Positions 25,091-38,338 are shown, counted from the first letter of the stretch. The stretch: DNA of 64,000 bases from Marsupella aquatica (GCA_973895155.1 OZ316893.1:22789844-22853843), one strand, 5' to 3'. Made by a program: numbers and translations. The notes: a model not told the origin generated them from the sequence alone.

Positions 25091-26659
25091 ATTGGTATCA
25101 GAGCATGCCTGGGAGGTGACGTGTGTTCGTGACAGGATTTCGTGACGGTTTTTTCCAGTGTTGAGTGTCGGTGGATTTCCCGGAGTTCCGTCGCATGGAA
25201 CTTGGAGTTTATGGGCTCAACGGATAGATCAGGGCAAGAGCTTTCTAACAGTGTGAAGAAATCGCTGAACGGAGCTCGTGGTGCAGAGAGATCTAAGTTT
25301 TTGGCGTTCTAGATTTTGTGATGAAAGTTGGCAACATTCATGTTCGACGGTTTTTCGGAGGAGGGACCAGAGTTTGTTTTCTCGACGGTTTGAGCTCTAC
25401 GGCGAAGGAGGCATCGCATGCTATAGCTCTGCTTGTAGATTGGGATGAGCTGTTTGTTTTGGTAGCTGATTTGTTACCAAGTGTGTACCGTGTGCGACGG
25501 GACGAGCAAAAGAAGCATTCTGATTTTGTGACCGGCTATGGAGTCCTCTTTTGCCTGATCGGGGTTTCTTGTCGTGGCAATCGACTCAGAGGGAGAAGCG
25601 TCAAGTGTTTTGACTCAACGGAGAGATTGAGGCAAGACGATTGTTTTGAGTCCGGGATTGGCTCTTTGATGCGAAGAGGAAGGCTAAGCAAAATCAATTA
25701 CCTTGTTGGACTTGGTGACGGCACCAAGTGCAATTCATCAACATTCGTTGTTGACAAGGTACCATTTCTTCTCTTTGAAAAACTGATTCGAAATTGGCTA
25801 TGGCAATTGAGAGAAATCTGTCATCTTTACCAATTTTTTTCTCCCTCTTTCTTTCCTCGTTTTGGGTGCTTCTTATATCGATCTTCATCGCCTCGGAGTC
25901 TAGTTTCCAAATCTGAAATCAGATCTTGATTTCGTCAAAACCCGAGTGAGATATCTTGCGTTTGGTGTCGAGGGGTACATTCTGCCGTGTGTATTTTCTG
26001 CGCGCGCGACCAGATTTCGACGACGAAGGGTGGTAGGGGGTTTTGGGGGTTCGAGGACACGTGTCAGCCCCTCGATTGTTCTTCCAAAATTCCCACAGGG
26101 CTTGTACAAGGGTCATAAAATATTCCAAAAAACCAGAGAGCTATTTTTTGACCGTCCGACAAAGATTTCGTCCGCCGAATGGTAACCTTTTTGGTTCTTT
26201 TTCGGCGAGGTCGTAGCCATTGAAGTTGGCAACGCGGCGCACCGATCACATCGCAATTCCGACGACGGGTTATACTTGGTATTTCGGTTATTCCCTGAGG
26301 TGGTCAAAACGGGGGAGTTTCCCAAGGTTTTACCCACCTCGACCAAAATTTGAATAACTTTTCCGTCAAATTTTTATTTTGATTTCGGTTTTCAGTATTG
26401 GACTCCTAGCTTTGTGGGCTACACGGCGGTGTTGGGTTTTGAGTTTTTTGAGAAGTTGTGAAAAACGACAATTTTTGTGATTTGCTCATATTAGTGATTC
26501 GAAGGAGTTTTTCGAAGACGTGGAACTTGAAGCACAAGGATCACCACGGTAGTTTGAGGGGCAGAGAGAGGAGCAGGAGGAAGAGCACGTGACACCGATA
26601 CCATCACCGGTGCGGCGTGTGGTGGAGGAAGCAGTACTACTACCGGAGCTCACGGTAGT

Positions 26660-29600
26660 GCCAAAGAAGAACTTTCAAGCTTGGGGGACCCAAGTATGAA
26701 GTGACAAAGTATGATGGATGCTCTGATTACTTGCTATGGAAGAAGCAGGTGAAGGGAGTGCTCTATGCGTCAGGGATGGGCCAACTACTGAGCCCTCGTG
26801 AAGACGATGTTGATGAGAAACGATGGGACCGCATGCAGGAGCAGGGAGTGTGGTGTGTTACACTCTATCTCATGCCTCCCATCATCAAACAGTTAGGTGC
26901 ACATAAGGACTGCATGTCCTTGTTTGTGGAATTGCAGAGCAAGTATCACCGCAAGGAGTTGTCGAACCGACTCTACACTTCCTACAAACTGATGAGTTCC
27001 AGGATGAAGGAATCCGGTACGAAGTTGCAAGACCATGTGGATGCTTTCAACGACATGGTCGTTGACTTGGAAAACCTTGAGGAGACTTTGATTGATGAGA
27101 CGAAGGTTCTGCAGCTTCTTAGTTCATTGCCTCCATCTTACTAGTCCCTATCACGAGTGTTGTTGCATCGTGATAGGGATACCATTTCATACAATGACAT
27201 GGTAAGTTCTCTGCTTAGTGATGATCTTCAGCAGAAGATGCACATCATGTCACAACCTTCATCATCTGGTGCTGCCCTCAATGTTAACCGTGGGAGGAGT
27301 ATGCAGCGACCAACTGGGGACCGTAAAACCCAGTTTAGATCTAAATCCAGATCTAAGTCCAGGGGTAAATCCCCTCAGAGGAGGCAGGTGACATGTTGGA
27401 AGTGCAACCAAGTTGGACACTTCAAGCGAGACTGTAAGGGAAAGGCAGCGGAAACTTCATCGGCAAATGTGGCTAGGGCTGATGGAGAAGTTGATTTACT
27501 CAATGATGAGTATGTTTTATGAAGCCGGGGGTATGCTCTGTGCACGTCATCTAGGAGAGCAGATGATGTGTGGATTCTTGATTGTGTTTGCTCTTTTCAT
27601 ATTTGTTACGTTCATGAGTTTTTCAGTTCTTACTCTGTTTCAAACGGTTCAGTTCTGATGGGAAATGATCACTCCTATCAAATTGAGGGAATTGGGTCTG
27701 TGAAGATTTAAATGTTTGATGGCGCTGTGCGCACAGTGTCCGGAGTCAGGTATGTACCTGGCATGCGTAAGAATTTGATTTCACTCGGTGTGTTGGATTC
27801 AAATGGTCATCAATGAAGCGTTATTGATGGTGAACTTTAAGTCAGGTCGGGAGAGACAGTGATTTTGAAGGGGAGCAGACAAAAAAAATTGTATGTATTA
27901 CAGGGCAATACTATATGTGGAGAGGCCAATATAACCAAGTCTCACGAGGAGATGACTCAACTGTGGCATTCACGGCTAGGCCACATGAGTGAGAAGGGTT
28001 TGGCTATCTTACGGAAGAATGGATTCATTTCTGATTTGCAATCTTGTAAATTAGAGTTCTGTGAGCATTGCATTCTTGGAAAGCAGCATTGTCGTGCTTT
28101 TGGTGTTGGAACTCATCGTTCCAAAGCGGTTCTGGAATACATTCATAGTGACGTGTGGGGTCCATCCCCGACTCCCTCACCCTCTGGAAAGTTGTGCTAT
28201 GTATCATTTATTGACGATTACTCAAGATTTGTGTGGATCCTACCTCCAAGATCGTCTTGTCCATTTTTAAGAAGTGGAAGGCCCAGGTGGAGAATCAGAC
28301 TGGAAACACGGTCAAGTGTTTGGATACAAGGGTGAAGAGTCTGATGTCAGACAACGGCAGGGAGTACACTTCAATGGAATTCGAAGAGTACTGTTCAGAA
28401 TAGGGGATAACTCGCCATCTCACCACAGTTTATACTCCGAAGCATAATGGTGTCGTTGAGAGGCTCAATCGGACACTGTTGGAGTGGTCACGGAGTATGT
28501 TGAGCCAATCAGGTTTACCATAAGAATTTTGGGTAAAAGCTGTCAATATCGCAGCTTATTTGGTAAATCTTTCTTCTTCTAGTGCTATCAATTTCAAAAC
28601 ATCGTTTGAGATGCACTATAAGCGGCAAACAGACTATCATGGCTTGGTAGTTTTTGGAAGTGATGCATATGCTCTCACACCAAAGCAGAATAGGACCAAG
28701 TTGGATCCTACCTCCAAGAAATGTGTTTTTCTTGGGTACCAGAGTGGTGTGAAAGTCTATAGGCTATGGGATCCTATTGCCTGTAAGCTCGTTGTCAGTA
28801 GGGATGTTTCCTTCAATGAATCCAAATTATTGAAGGAGGGGGAGAATACTCAGGTCTCCCGTACTGACAAAGGAAAATCTTCTATCCCAGATCTCGTTGA
28901 GGGGGAGATTGGTTATGAGGTGCATGACCGGAGAGAAAGAGTTGCTCCAATTATGGAGCTGGGTTGCTCCAATTATGGAGCTGGTTAAATCCTGCCACAA
29001 GAACCAGAGGAGTTTGTTGATGCTGATGAGCAGCAAGGGTTTGCTACTGAGCTTCAAATTGTACCAGCACACGTAGATCAACCGGAGTCATCGGCTAGAA
29101 GAGCATCTGGTCGCACTGTACGCGCTCCACCAAGGTATGGACAGTGGGTTGATTCATCTTAGTTGCAAGAGGAGGATTTTGTTATTGACGATGAGGATGA
29201 TGCGTTGATTTTGGAAGAAGGTGAACCTTCTTCATTTCATGAAGCAAGTGCTTCAAAGGAGAAGCAGGAGTGGACTACAGCAATGCAAACGGAGATGCAG
29301 TCACTGAAGGACAACAAAACTTGGGAGCTTGTCAAGCTGCCTAAAGGACAGCAAGTGGTGGACAGCAAGTGGATATACAAGCTAAAGGATCAGTCCACAA
29401 GAGGTGGATCGAAGGTCTACAAGGCTAGGTTGGTAGCCAAGGGATTCACACAGGAAAAATGTGTGGATTACAATGAGATCTTCTCACCAGTTGCTAAGTA
29501 CTCAACAATACGGCTATTGTGTGTGCTTCTTGTTATGTTTGGTCTGCTGCTAGATCAGATGGATGTTGTCACAGTTTTCCTCTATGGCACCTTGGAAGAG

Positions 29601-30820
29601 GTGATCTTCATGAGACAGCCGCTAGGTTTTGTGAAGAAAGGGCAAGAGGATTTGGTTTGCAGATTGCTGAGATCCTTGTACGGGTTGAAACAGTCACCAA
29701 GACAGTGGAATAAGCGGTTTGATGATTGGATTCGTGCACAAGGCTTTCACAGGAGTGTGTTTGACCCATGTGTGTATCTTAAACCGGTGAAGAATGTTAT
29801 CTTTGGGTTCATTGTTTTAGTACTTTATGTGGATGACATGCTAATTGCAGCCAAGGATAGGTCTGAGATTGTTAAGCTCAAGGCATTGCTTAGTGCAGAG
29901 TTTAAGATGAAGGACTTAGGGCCAGCTAAGAGGATTTTGGGTATGGAGATCTCGATGGAGATCACTAGGGACTTGGAGGCTGGCAAGCTATGGTTGACGC
30001 AGAGCAGTTATGCGAGGAAGGTAATTGCAAGGTTCAACATGGGGCATAGCAAGCCAGTAAGTACCCTGTTGGCTCCACACTTCAAGTTATCATCAGCGTT
30101 CTGTCCTACGGATGACACAGAGAAGGGGTTGATGTCAAAGGTTCCGTATGACAGGCAGTGGGGAGTCTTATGTATTTGATGACTTGCACTAGACCTGATC
30201 TTGCCATGGCTATGGGCAAGGTGAGCAGGTACATGTCGAATCCAGGGAAGGTACACTGGGAAGCAGTGAAGTGGATTATTCGGTATTTGGAGGGTACCGT
30301 GGATCATGGTCTATTGTTTGATGCACATGCTGATAATGCTAGATCATTGATGGGCTATGTAGATGTTGACTATGCACAGGATCTGGATCGGAGGAGGTCA
30401 ACAACAGGTTATGTGTTCACACTTGGAGGTTGATGCATAAGTTGGAGGTCTACTTTGTAGAAGTGTATTGCTCAGTCTACTACAGAAGCGGAGTATGTTG
30501 CAGCAGCGGAAGCAACAAAGGAAGCGATTTGGTTGGATAGACTTATCAGTGAGATGGGATTGCCACAGGGGAATGTGAAGCTCCATTGTGATAGTCAGAG
30601 TGCACTCCACCTTGCTGTGAACCAGGTGATGGACAACAGTGTGAAGCACATCGACGTTAGGTACCATTTTATCAGGTAGGCTGTGTCTGATAATATGTTT
30701 GAGCTAGTCAAGATTGATGATAAACTCAACCCGGCTAACGCTTTTACCAAAGTGATTCCTTTGGAGAGTTTTCTAGACACCGTGATGCGTTGTAGGTTTT
30801 GCAATTGCCTCACAAGTAGG
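26660..30820 (+). pseudogene. Copia gag-pol polyprotein with many stops and frameshifts
   Basis: Zinc knuckle CWKCNQVGHFKRDC; degenerate protease WILDCVCSFH; LWHSRLGHMSEKG and YIHSDVWGP (GAG-pre/integrase); RT YKARLVAKGFTQ, LYGLKQSPRQW and LYVDDML; RNase H region with in-frame stops. Boundaries are approximate. Confidence 0.92.
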
Positions 30821-31010
30821 GTTACTTAACATTTGTGTAGATACTGAGATATGCTCTTGCTCATTCCTTGTATAGGCTACGACTTAGTTTTGGTCTACTC
30901 TCGTATAAAGAGGGAAAAACCGGTTTGGTTTTTCTTTCCAGAACTTCCCGCTGAGCAGTCATATTGGTAGCAGTCTTTACCCTCCCCTAGACCAGAGTCA
31001 AGGGGGAGAT

Positions 31011-31660
31011 TGTTAGGATTTACTCTTAGGTCTAGAGTTACAAATGTACCGTAGTTAAGACTAACCTTAGTCGCAGACTTGGTTAGGTTAGTCATGTTGT
31101 GCACACTCTATAACCAAGCGGTGTTCTCGGGGGTCTCACTATATGGGGACCTCCCCATCGCCTGCGACGTTTTTAGGCCTCGGACCCCCTAAAATGTAAG
31201 AATTTATTATTATTTTTTAACCCCTATAAAGTTGGAATATTCTTGGAATATTCTAAAAATTGGATTAAAAAGACCCTAATGTTCTTATAAGTCTCAAAAT
31301 TGAATTTAAAAAACCCTATTGTTCTTCTACAAAAATTCTTAAGTCTTCCCTTAGAACCAATAAAATGACCCTATCCTTCGTCGCACGTGATATGCCATTT
31401 TTGTGGAAGTGAAACCCCCGAGGCGGTGTTTGCTTGGAGAGGTGGAACTCATGCTCATTGTTACGGAGCCAGTTGAGAGATAGGGAGGGCTTGTGCTGTG
31501 GATGCTTGGTATGGCCGGTCGGCCTAGAGTGCAGTAAAGCTCTTGTGTGTTCCCGTGGATGTAGCCTCATGTGGAGGTGAACCACGTATCTCTCTGTGTC
31601 GACTATTGTGCGTTGGATGGTTCATGGGCTTGCCGTTGCGATCGTCGTCTATGCTCAACA
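31011..31660 (+). repeat. 3' LTR interrupted by a MITE
   Basis: 650 bp = 345-bp LTR + 297-bp MITE + 8-bp TSD. Confidence 0.95.
31126..31422. mobile_element. MITE (297 bp), same family as 3861-4188
   Basis: Ends are CTCGGGGGTCTCACT and AGTGAAACCCCCGAG. TSD GCGGTGTT at 31118-31125 and 31423-31430. The 5' LTR shows the empty site. Confidence 0.95.
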
Positions 31661-32500
31661 TTATTCTTCCTCACACAGATATGATGGGCAGGAAAATTTA
31701 AGTTTTAAATCCAATGGTCATAATGAGTTCCCTCCAAAAGTGAATTTTGTAAGCGGACGATGAGCACAAAAAGGCGGGATTGTATATTATAGTAAGTAGA
31801 TATGACACCAAGGGCTCCACCACTTGAACAAAGTATTCTTGTGAGTGAGAGAAATGATTTTAAATAACATGAACACATAGTGTCTTAAGTTCCACTCATG
31901 TCTTTTTTTCCTAAGTTTATGGTTTTTATTGAAATGTGTGTCATTCATATTCATAAGGCACATTGAATAAGTGCACATCATAGCATACTTGTGTCATAAA
32001 ACTTTACTGTACTTTTCATTGGTCAGTGTGTTTTTCTTCGCAAGTACTTTACTGGCATTATTTTATCGTTCTTATTATGCTCTCATATTTTATTTACTTT
32101 GAGATCACTACAAGACAAAAAAACCGAGCATGTTCCAGGAGGAGCATGCTATATCCTAAATTGAAAGGCTGAGGGAGCAGCTTTATTCCCTACCCTAAAT
32201 TCTGTGCCAAAACTCCCTAAATGCATTTTTAACTCTACTAAGAATGGGCATGCATTTAATGCAAGTTCATGGTGTTGTGCATTTACTGCTAAGTGCATAT
32301 AGACGCTTATGTTGGGTTAGCTAGCGCTTTACAAAGTTGTTGTTCAGCCAAATGAAGCTAGGCCTGTGTGTGCTTAAAAAATATGCTTAAAAAATGCTTA
32401 GTCCTGTAAAATAAAAGGGAAGAACAGGATGCCATGCATGTGAGCTTAGAAAAGGTGCTTACAAAGAGGTTAATATTTGGTGTAAAATAGAAGGGAATAT

Positions 32501-32800
32501 TAACAGGATGCCATGTGCTGAAAGGGCCACTGTCCATGACAAACCTAGATTCACCAGGTTTCACCATTTTTAGTACCTTTTTTCTGAAATTGTGTAACCA
32601 AATTCTCACCCTAGAGGAGAGGAATGGGACAAAGTGAATAACAGGATGCCATGTGTTTAAAGGGCTATTGTCCATGACAAACCTGGAAACACTAGGTTTC
32701 ACCATTTTTAGTACCTTTTTTTCCTGAAATTGTGTAGTAAAATCTTGTGTAGCAAAATCTCACCCAAGCAGAGAGGAATGGGAGCTACTGTCCATGACTA
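32501..32800. repeat. ~138-bp tandem repeat (about 2 copies plus fragments)
   Basis: TAACAGGATGCCATGTG..TGTCCATGACAAACCT..CACCATTTTTAGTACC at ~32501 and ~32639. Confidence 0.8.
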
Positions 32801-35233
32801 AAGAATGGGACTGAGGGACAAATTTTGGACACTTCTCCTTTTTGGACACTTCTGTTTTATATGGCCAGTGGTGGTTTATCTAGGTAATGCGATGTAATGC
32901 GCTTATGGAATCTGAGCTTAGTCAAAACCAACTTTAGAGGATCCAGTCTCATTGGTGAATACCATCCAAGGATTTTGAAGGCTATGTGCATTTTGTTAAG
33001 AACACTCTCTATGATGTGTGTATGAATCAACTCTGCAACATTGTCTTGTTCTTTCTTTGGACTATTGATCACACATGCTCCTGAGTAGATCGTCAATACT
33101 CTGTTGGATGGGGATGGGTCTACTTTTGGTTAATTTAAAGACACACGAAAAAACTGAGAACCTAGGGCCCTCCAGGGAGAAAACTGGGGAGTATCGGTGA
33201 CAAGATGAAACTTGCATGCAGCAACCAAGGCACAAACCTGGAACCTAAATAACGTCTTTCCTGGATGAAGTTGATCGACAAGAGTGGAAAAATTAAAATA
33301 TTTGCCGATCTCGGAGATTCTGTCTGATGCGTCTTCCCGGTGCGTCTTTGGAATCGGCTACGATAACCTTTTGATCTATGCGAAAAAATGGCAGCTGGAA
33401 TACACCGAATTCGAATAAGATGATTTCCTTTTATTTAGTGAGAAATTTGTAGAGACGCTGTGACACATATTTTGTTAGTTTATTGCCTTTACGTCTTCTG
33501 GACAGTGGTTTGAGAATTTTATGTTTGGTCGCTCTTCGTCGATTCTGTGACTGATACCCTAGCAGGGCTGCTTGCGTCCTTGAGATGCTGAAGTTTTGTT
33601 AAGTAGGGCCAGTTCAATAGGTATGCTGGAGAGATCAGTGTCGTGCTCTTCACAGTGTTGCCTTCAATCGATTATGTAGTTTCTTAGCAGAGCTGGCTGC
33701 CTCCTCGAGATACTGAAAGTTTGTTGACGAGGTCCACTCAAATAAGGGATGGGAGCTTCGAGCAGCCAGCTGCGAGGACATGCAAAAATGACATGCTTGC
33801 TACTCTGTCTAGTAGCAAGTAAAATGTGTGCTGCGTGAACACTGCCCGGAGCGCTGCAGTTATTCATAAATAGTTCATGTTTGGAATTGCATAGAAAATG
33901 CTTGTCACTTCTTTGGTACATGGCGAGCCACGGCTCAATATGAGATTCTTGATAGACATCCACGAATTTTGTTGTGAAGCGCGTGACCTGCTGCCGTTAC
34001 TCTTCTCAAGTCCTTGTTCCCGTTATGGAACAAAATTCGGGGATGAGAAGATCGCGGTCAATGTAGCAAGTGCTCGATCACGGATGAGAACCAAAGGTAG
34101 TCCAAGCTTTTCCATCCCTCTTCAAAACATGAAGAACAAAAGACGAAGGGCAGCTCTCTTGACTAGTCACCACGCTGAAGAAGTGTAAAACTTTTTTACT
34201 TTCCAAGTCCTCGATTTAGGCAGATCACTAACAGAAGACGAACGATGTCGGGATCAACGGGTGGGTTGTGTACTTCCTATATATCCAGAATCCAGGACCT
34301 ACACCAGCATGAGCACTTGATTGGGGAGTTAGAGCACGTCTACTGTCTTGCAGTCTGTAGGTAGTCTGTACCAATACTAAATTGAAGATCGACTTGACTG
34401 AGGTCCTCATAAATTGGAACATGAGGGGTTTCCATACGGTTTCCACACCAGACAGTATGGAAAACCCTCATGACCCCGGCTTGTCTCCCCGATCGAGTTA
34501 GTAAACAAACCTTGTACCAATAACGTGAAAGTCTCCGAGGCTATCTGGAAGAAATCTCCTGACCATGAAGACCATTGCACCCAGATGTCTAATTAAAGCT
34601 ACACAAGCACCGTCGAAGCTTGGAGACCAGGGCAGTATGGGAAGATTGCCTTGGTTCCGTCACTGGGTTTAGGTCTTCCAAAATTGTCGAAGATTTGCAA
34701 ATCAAATCCACCACCTGGAAGAGCTCTTAATTAGACAATTGCAGCCCCCACTTTGAACGCCAATTAAATGCTCAAGCTTCTCATATACGCTATCTGGAAG
34801 ACCATCTAAATTAGGCCAATCCCGTATATCCTACGTAGAGTTGTGATTTGTGTTCGTAGGCGGAGCCCTCTCTGTGGACGACAGTAGTTCTGTAGGTGGC
34901 TCTTGTTGTTTGACTGTTTTATCATATCCAGCTGTTCTAAACAGAAAATGCCTGTGACTACGAAATGACCCTTAAGATCGCTGACTATATATTCTTAAAC
35001 ACCCTCGAGATCAATTCAGTTTCACTAGCGCCCTGTCTACTGCACTGGGTCATCTGGGTAGATTTTCAATTACACCAGGAGAAGGTTTTGGCAGCGAGTA
35101 GCTCCCTTAGACATTGCATGGTTGTCTAGCCGAGCCAACATTGTAGTACACGGGGGATTGTGGTAGATTGACTGCTTAGAAAGGTCAGAGGAAATAGTTA
35201 AGGCAGCCACTCCAATTGCATTCGGAGAGAACG

Positions 35234-36448
35234 ATGACGGCAATTTGGGGCACTCCAGCCCATGACGCATCATTAGATGCACCTGCAGGTGATCAACTTC
35301 TTCTTCCGGGGCTCCCGGATCACATCACGTTGGAGGAGATAGTCCCCAGGTTAATGTGGAGAGACTTTCACTTCCTGAAACTGGTCAGCCGCGGCTGGTG
35401 TCATGTAATCCGAACTCGACAGACATACAGGGCAAGAGTTCGTGCTCACACAACAGAGACTTTGGTTATCTATGACCACTTCATCGAAGATTCGGATGAG
35501 TATGATCAGAAGGCAATTGCTCTCTATTCGTTGAAAACGAGCGGGTCTTATAAGCTTCCACCAACTCCAAATGTTGACAAAGGGATCCCATTCGGTTGTC
35601 GGTGGGCAGCTGTTGATGGAAAAATATATGTCGTGGGTGGATGGGTGAACCATTATATAGTTGGCAGTGTGTACATGTTGGATCTGGCCGCCGGAAGACC
35701 ATGGAAAGTGTGTGCAAGTATGCGACAGCCAAGACAAGAGTTTGTATGTGGTATCCTGCACGGGAAGATTTACGTGTTTGGGGGATTAGACGGCGCCAGA
35801 GAACTTTCTGGGACGGAAGTGTATGACCCCAAGGAGAATACTTGGACTCCGATTATTCCCATAAAGTCTATGGAATATCCTGAACACTTGCCGGGACACT
35901 TACGAATAGTTGGAGAAGAGATTGTCTTACACGACCAGAAGCTTCGATGCCCACAGACCATTGTTGACTGCACTAATGCCGAAGTTTTTGACTGGGTTAT
36001 GTCGAGCGACCCACGGTCTTTGAAGTTTTATAATCCGGTGAAAAATGAGCGGAGAAAGATTGAAAGTTGTCAGATGCCCGCCGGAGTAGGATTTCTGGTG
36101 CGGGGGAAACTCTTTTGGTTGAGTGAAAGTGCAATTTTTGTTTATGATGTTAGTACCAGTTCATGGATGCAGTTGCATTCATGTGAGTTTTTTGGGTTTG
36201 AGTCAATTGAATACGTGTTGGCAAACGCAATTTCTGTTGTAGAGATAGAAAATGGTGAGCTTTTAGCGATACTTGAAATGTACACACAAGATGACCACGA
36301 GAACGTCTTCTGTCGACATGTAGTTGTTCAAAGCAATGGCCACGGTAACAAGAGTCAAGAGACAATTTCGTGGCATAGGAAAGATCTCGAGTTTCTAGAT
36401 TGGCCGGATGATGACATTCTTCAGTACATGTATCCTATCCAGCTATGA
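35234..36448 (+). CDS. F-box/Kelch-repeat protein, 404 aa, intronless
   Basis: F-box LLPGLPDHITLEEIVPRL..LKLVSRGW. Kelch repeats AAVDGKIYVVGG..W and ILHGKIYVFGG..EVYDPKENTW. First ATG is at 35234; the ORF track starts at a TTG. Confidence 0.92.
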   Translation: MTAIWGTPAHDASLDAPAGDQLLLPGLPDHITLEEIVPRLMWRDFHFLKLVSRGWCHVIRTRQTYRARVRAHTTETLVIYDHFIEDSDEYDQKAIALYSLKTSGSYKLPPTPNVDKGIPFGCRWAAVDGKIYVVGGWVNHYIVGSVYMLDLAAGRPWKVCASMRQPRQEFVCGILHGKIYVFGGLDGARELSGTEVYDPKENTWTPIIPIKSMEYPEHLPGHLRIVGEEIVLHDQKLRCPQTIVDCTNAEVFDWVMSSDPRSLKFYNPVKNERRKIESCQMPAGVGFLVRGKLFWLSESAIFVYDVSTSSWMQLHSCEFFGFESIEYVLANAISVVEIENGELLAILEMYTQDDHENVFCRHVVVQSNGHGNKSQETISWHRKDLEFLDWPDDDILQYMYPIQL

Positions 36449-36469
36449 GGAGAAACATGGAATATCATC

Positions 36470-37435
36470 ACATGTCTTGTGTGTGAAGGGGATCTTGCAC
36501 CAACGACCTGATGTCTTTGCTTTGTTGTCCTATACTCCTAATATTGCACTATACCGGTGCTCTACAGTAGTTGAAGAACTGAGTTATCCGTTAATGCATA
36601 AGTTTTCAAATTGTACTTATGATTGATACTCTATGGACTCCTTGAAAAAATAGAAACCACCTGTACGTAGCCTTGGACTGCCTGTCTGAACTTCTAAATT
36701 GTGTGAAACTATGTAAACTTGTGACGTCTCACCTCTATTACGCTTGAATTCCATCTAGGTTCAAATCCATCTAGACTCAAGTTCATGAAACACATCGCTT
36801 TCTGTGTTCAATTTGTGAAGTACCTGTGTGTCACCATTTCAATCATAATCCCCAGATTTCGAAATAAATAATATCCAATGATTGAAGCATTTGCTTTAGA
36901 AAAGTTGGAATGCCTACAAATATAGAAAAAAAAATCTCGGACACATAGATGTTAAGTATTTTCAAATCATTACGATTATAAGTTTCACAAAAGCATTTGC
37001 TTCATCTTATTTCTGAGAAAATCAATTAATAAGTTAATCCTGGATTCGATTGTAAAGTTACTCTGTATCCACTTGAATTCTAATGCCCAAATGTCGAACT
37101 AAATATCATCTAAAGAATCATTTGATCTAGAAAAATTGGAACCAGCTTACAAACATAGAGAATTCTAACTCGGAGACGTAAGAGATTTGCATGACACATA
37201 TGTTAAACATTGTCGAATGATCACAATAATTTAGAGTTTGCCAAAAGCATTTTGCATCATCTTCCAATCCTGAGAAAAACAAACAACAGGTGTAGCGAAA
37301 GGCTGAAATTGGTCAAGTTCCTCGTTTCCTATCGATTTCGTCTACTAAAGCAAGATTTTTCCTCTAAAACACAGTCAAAGGAAAGGCAAGTGGAGTAAGT
37401 TCGAGATCTACTATCAGCTAACCTGCAAGAACCAG
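36470..37435 (+). repeat. Segmental-duplication block, copy downstream of the F-box gene
   Basis: Colinear by eye with 19090-20225 and 48440-49200. Confidence 0.8.
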
Positions 37436-38266
37436 CAAGCCTGTCAGGACAGTATAAAAAGACGTCTGACTAACATGGACGGCAAGGTCTTTGCTATCCA
37501 GATGCTTACTGTAAGTAGTCAAGAAATCGTGACGTTCTTCCTTAGGTATAAAATCTCGATAAGGTTCCCAAAATACACACCATTTACGCAAAGAACAACA
37601 ATCTTCAGGAAGGAGACCAATTCTATCCTGCTGCTAAGAATCATGATTGAAAACAGAAAACCTATGCTCCCCACTTGTACATCGGCACTGAAGTTGGCTG
37701 CAATTACGACTGTTCGTCAACTTCAATTTCTCTCTTTACTACTCCAGGAAGCAGAACCTGGACAACGAAACCAGACTAGACATTTGGAGATTAAGTTACG
37801 AACCATCCCTTGATGCAATAGCCACTTTCGAAATGATCTTCGTTGCCTCCTCTCCTGGCTGTTGTTTCTGTTGTACATGACCATGAGCACTTGCCATCCT
37901 CGATCCAGACGCCAGGAGAATGGATTGAAACCTTCAGCCACGATTTCCCTCAAACGACGACTTTCTGAGAGCTTGCAGATCAGATTCGAGTCGCATGGAG
38001 GAGCATTGTGCTAGAGATGCTCCAATTCCCTCACTAAAACCGTACTACTCCAAATCCCTTTTGATTCTTCACCTGAAAGAGTTTGTAACAAAACAGTTCT
38101 GGTGACGAATGAATGAACTCACCTCGGAATGACAGTACACTAAAATGTATGAAATCTCACATGATAATCCTGCCGGCGGGGAAGAAGGTAGCGATTTAGC
38201 GAAACATGGAGAGAGCACAAGGATAGATGAATACTAAATTTGTGACATAAAATGTTACCGCGATTT

Positions 38267-38338
38267 GGGGCATTGCGAGAATCGAACTCGCGGCCTCTCG
38301 CACCCGAAGCGAGAATCATACCACTAGACCAAATGCCC
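38267..38338 (-). tRNA. trnP-CGG: tRNA-Pro, anticodon CGG
   Basis: Minus strand reads GGGCATTTGGTCTAGTGGTATGATTCTCGCTTCGGGTGCGAGAGGCCGCGAGTTCGATTCTCGCAATGCCCC (72 nt). Acceptor, anticodon and T stems pair. TATA-like sequence ~30 bp upstream and T4 downstream. Confidence 0.96.

Larger units (their letters stand above)
24746..31660 (+). mobile_element. Full-length but inactivated Ty1/Copia LTR retrotransposon
   Basis: TG..CA LTRs at 24746-25090 and 31011-31660, with a 5-bp TSD TTATT. PBS TGGTATCAGAGC (initiator-Met type) at 25093 and PPT AAGGGGGAGA at ~31000. Domain order is gag, protease, integrase, RT, RNase H. Confidence 0.97.
21932..31800 (-). mobile_element. Non-autonomous Helitron (~2.9 kb excluding the nested Copia)
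   Basis: On the minus strand the 5' end reads TCTACTTACTATAATA (from 31800) and the 3' end reads ..GTGCAACGCACGGGCATTGGGCTAG (to 21932), with a GC-rich subterminal motif. It is inserted between A (21931) and T (31801) with no TSD. A second 3'-end-like motif lies near 22697. Confidence 0.8.
21722..32154. mobile_element. ~700-bp element with terminal direct repeats TGCTATAT, split by a 9.9-kb Helitron/Copia insertion
   Basis: 21722-21930 and 31801-32154 together match the reverse complement of the uninterrupted copy at 45784-46483. TGCTATAT occurs at 21722-21729 and 32147-32154. Confidence 0.7.

Noticed and set aside
27520-27522. In-frame TGA between gag and protease as a programmed read-through site
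   Set aside because: The element has many other in-frame stops, so simple decay explains it equally well.
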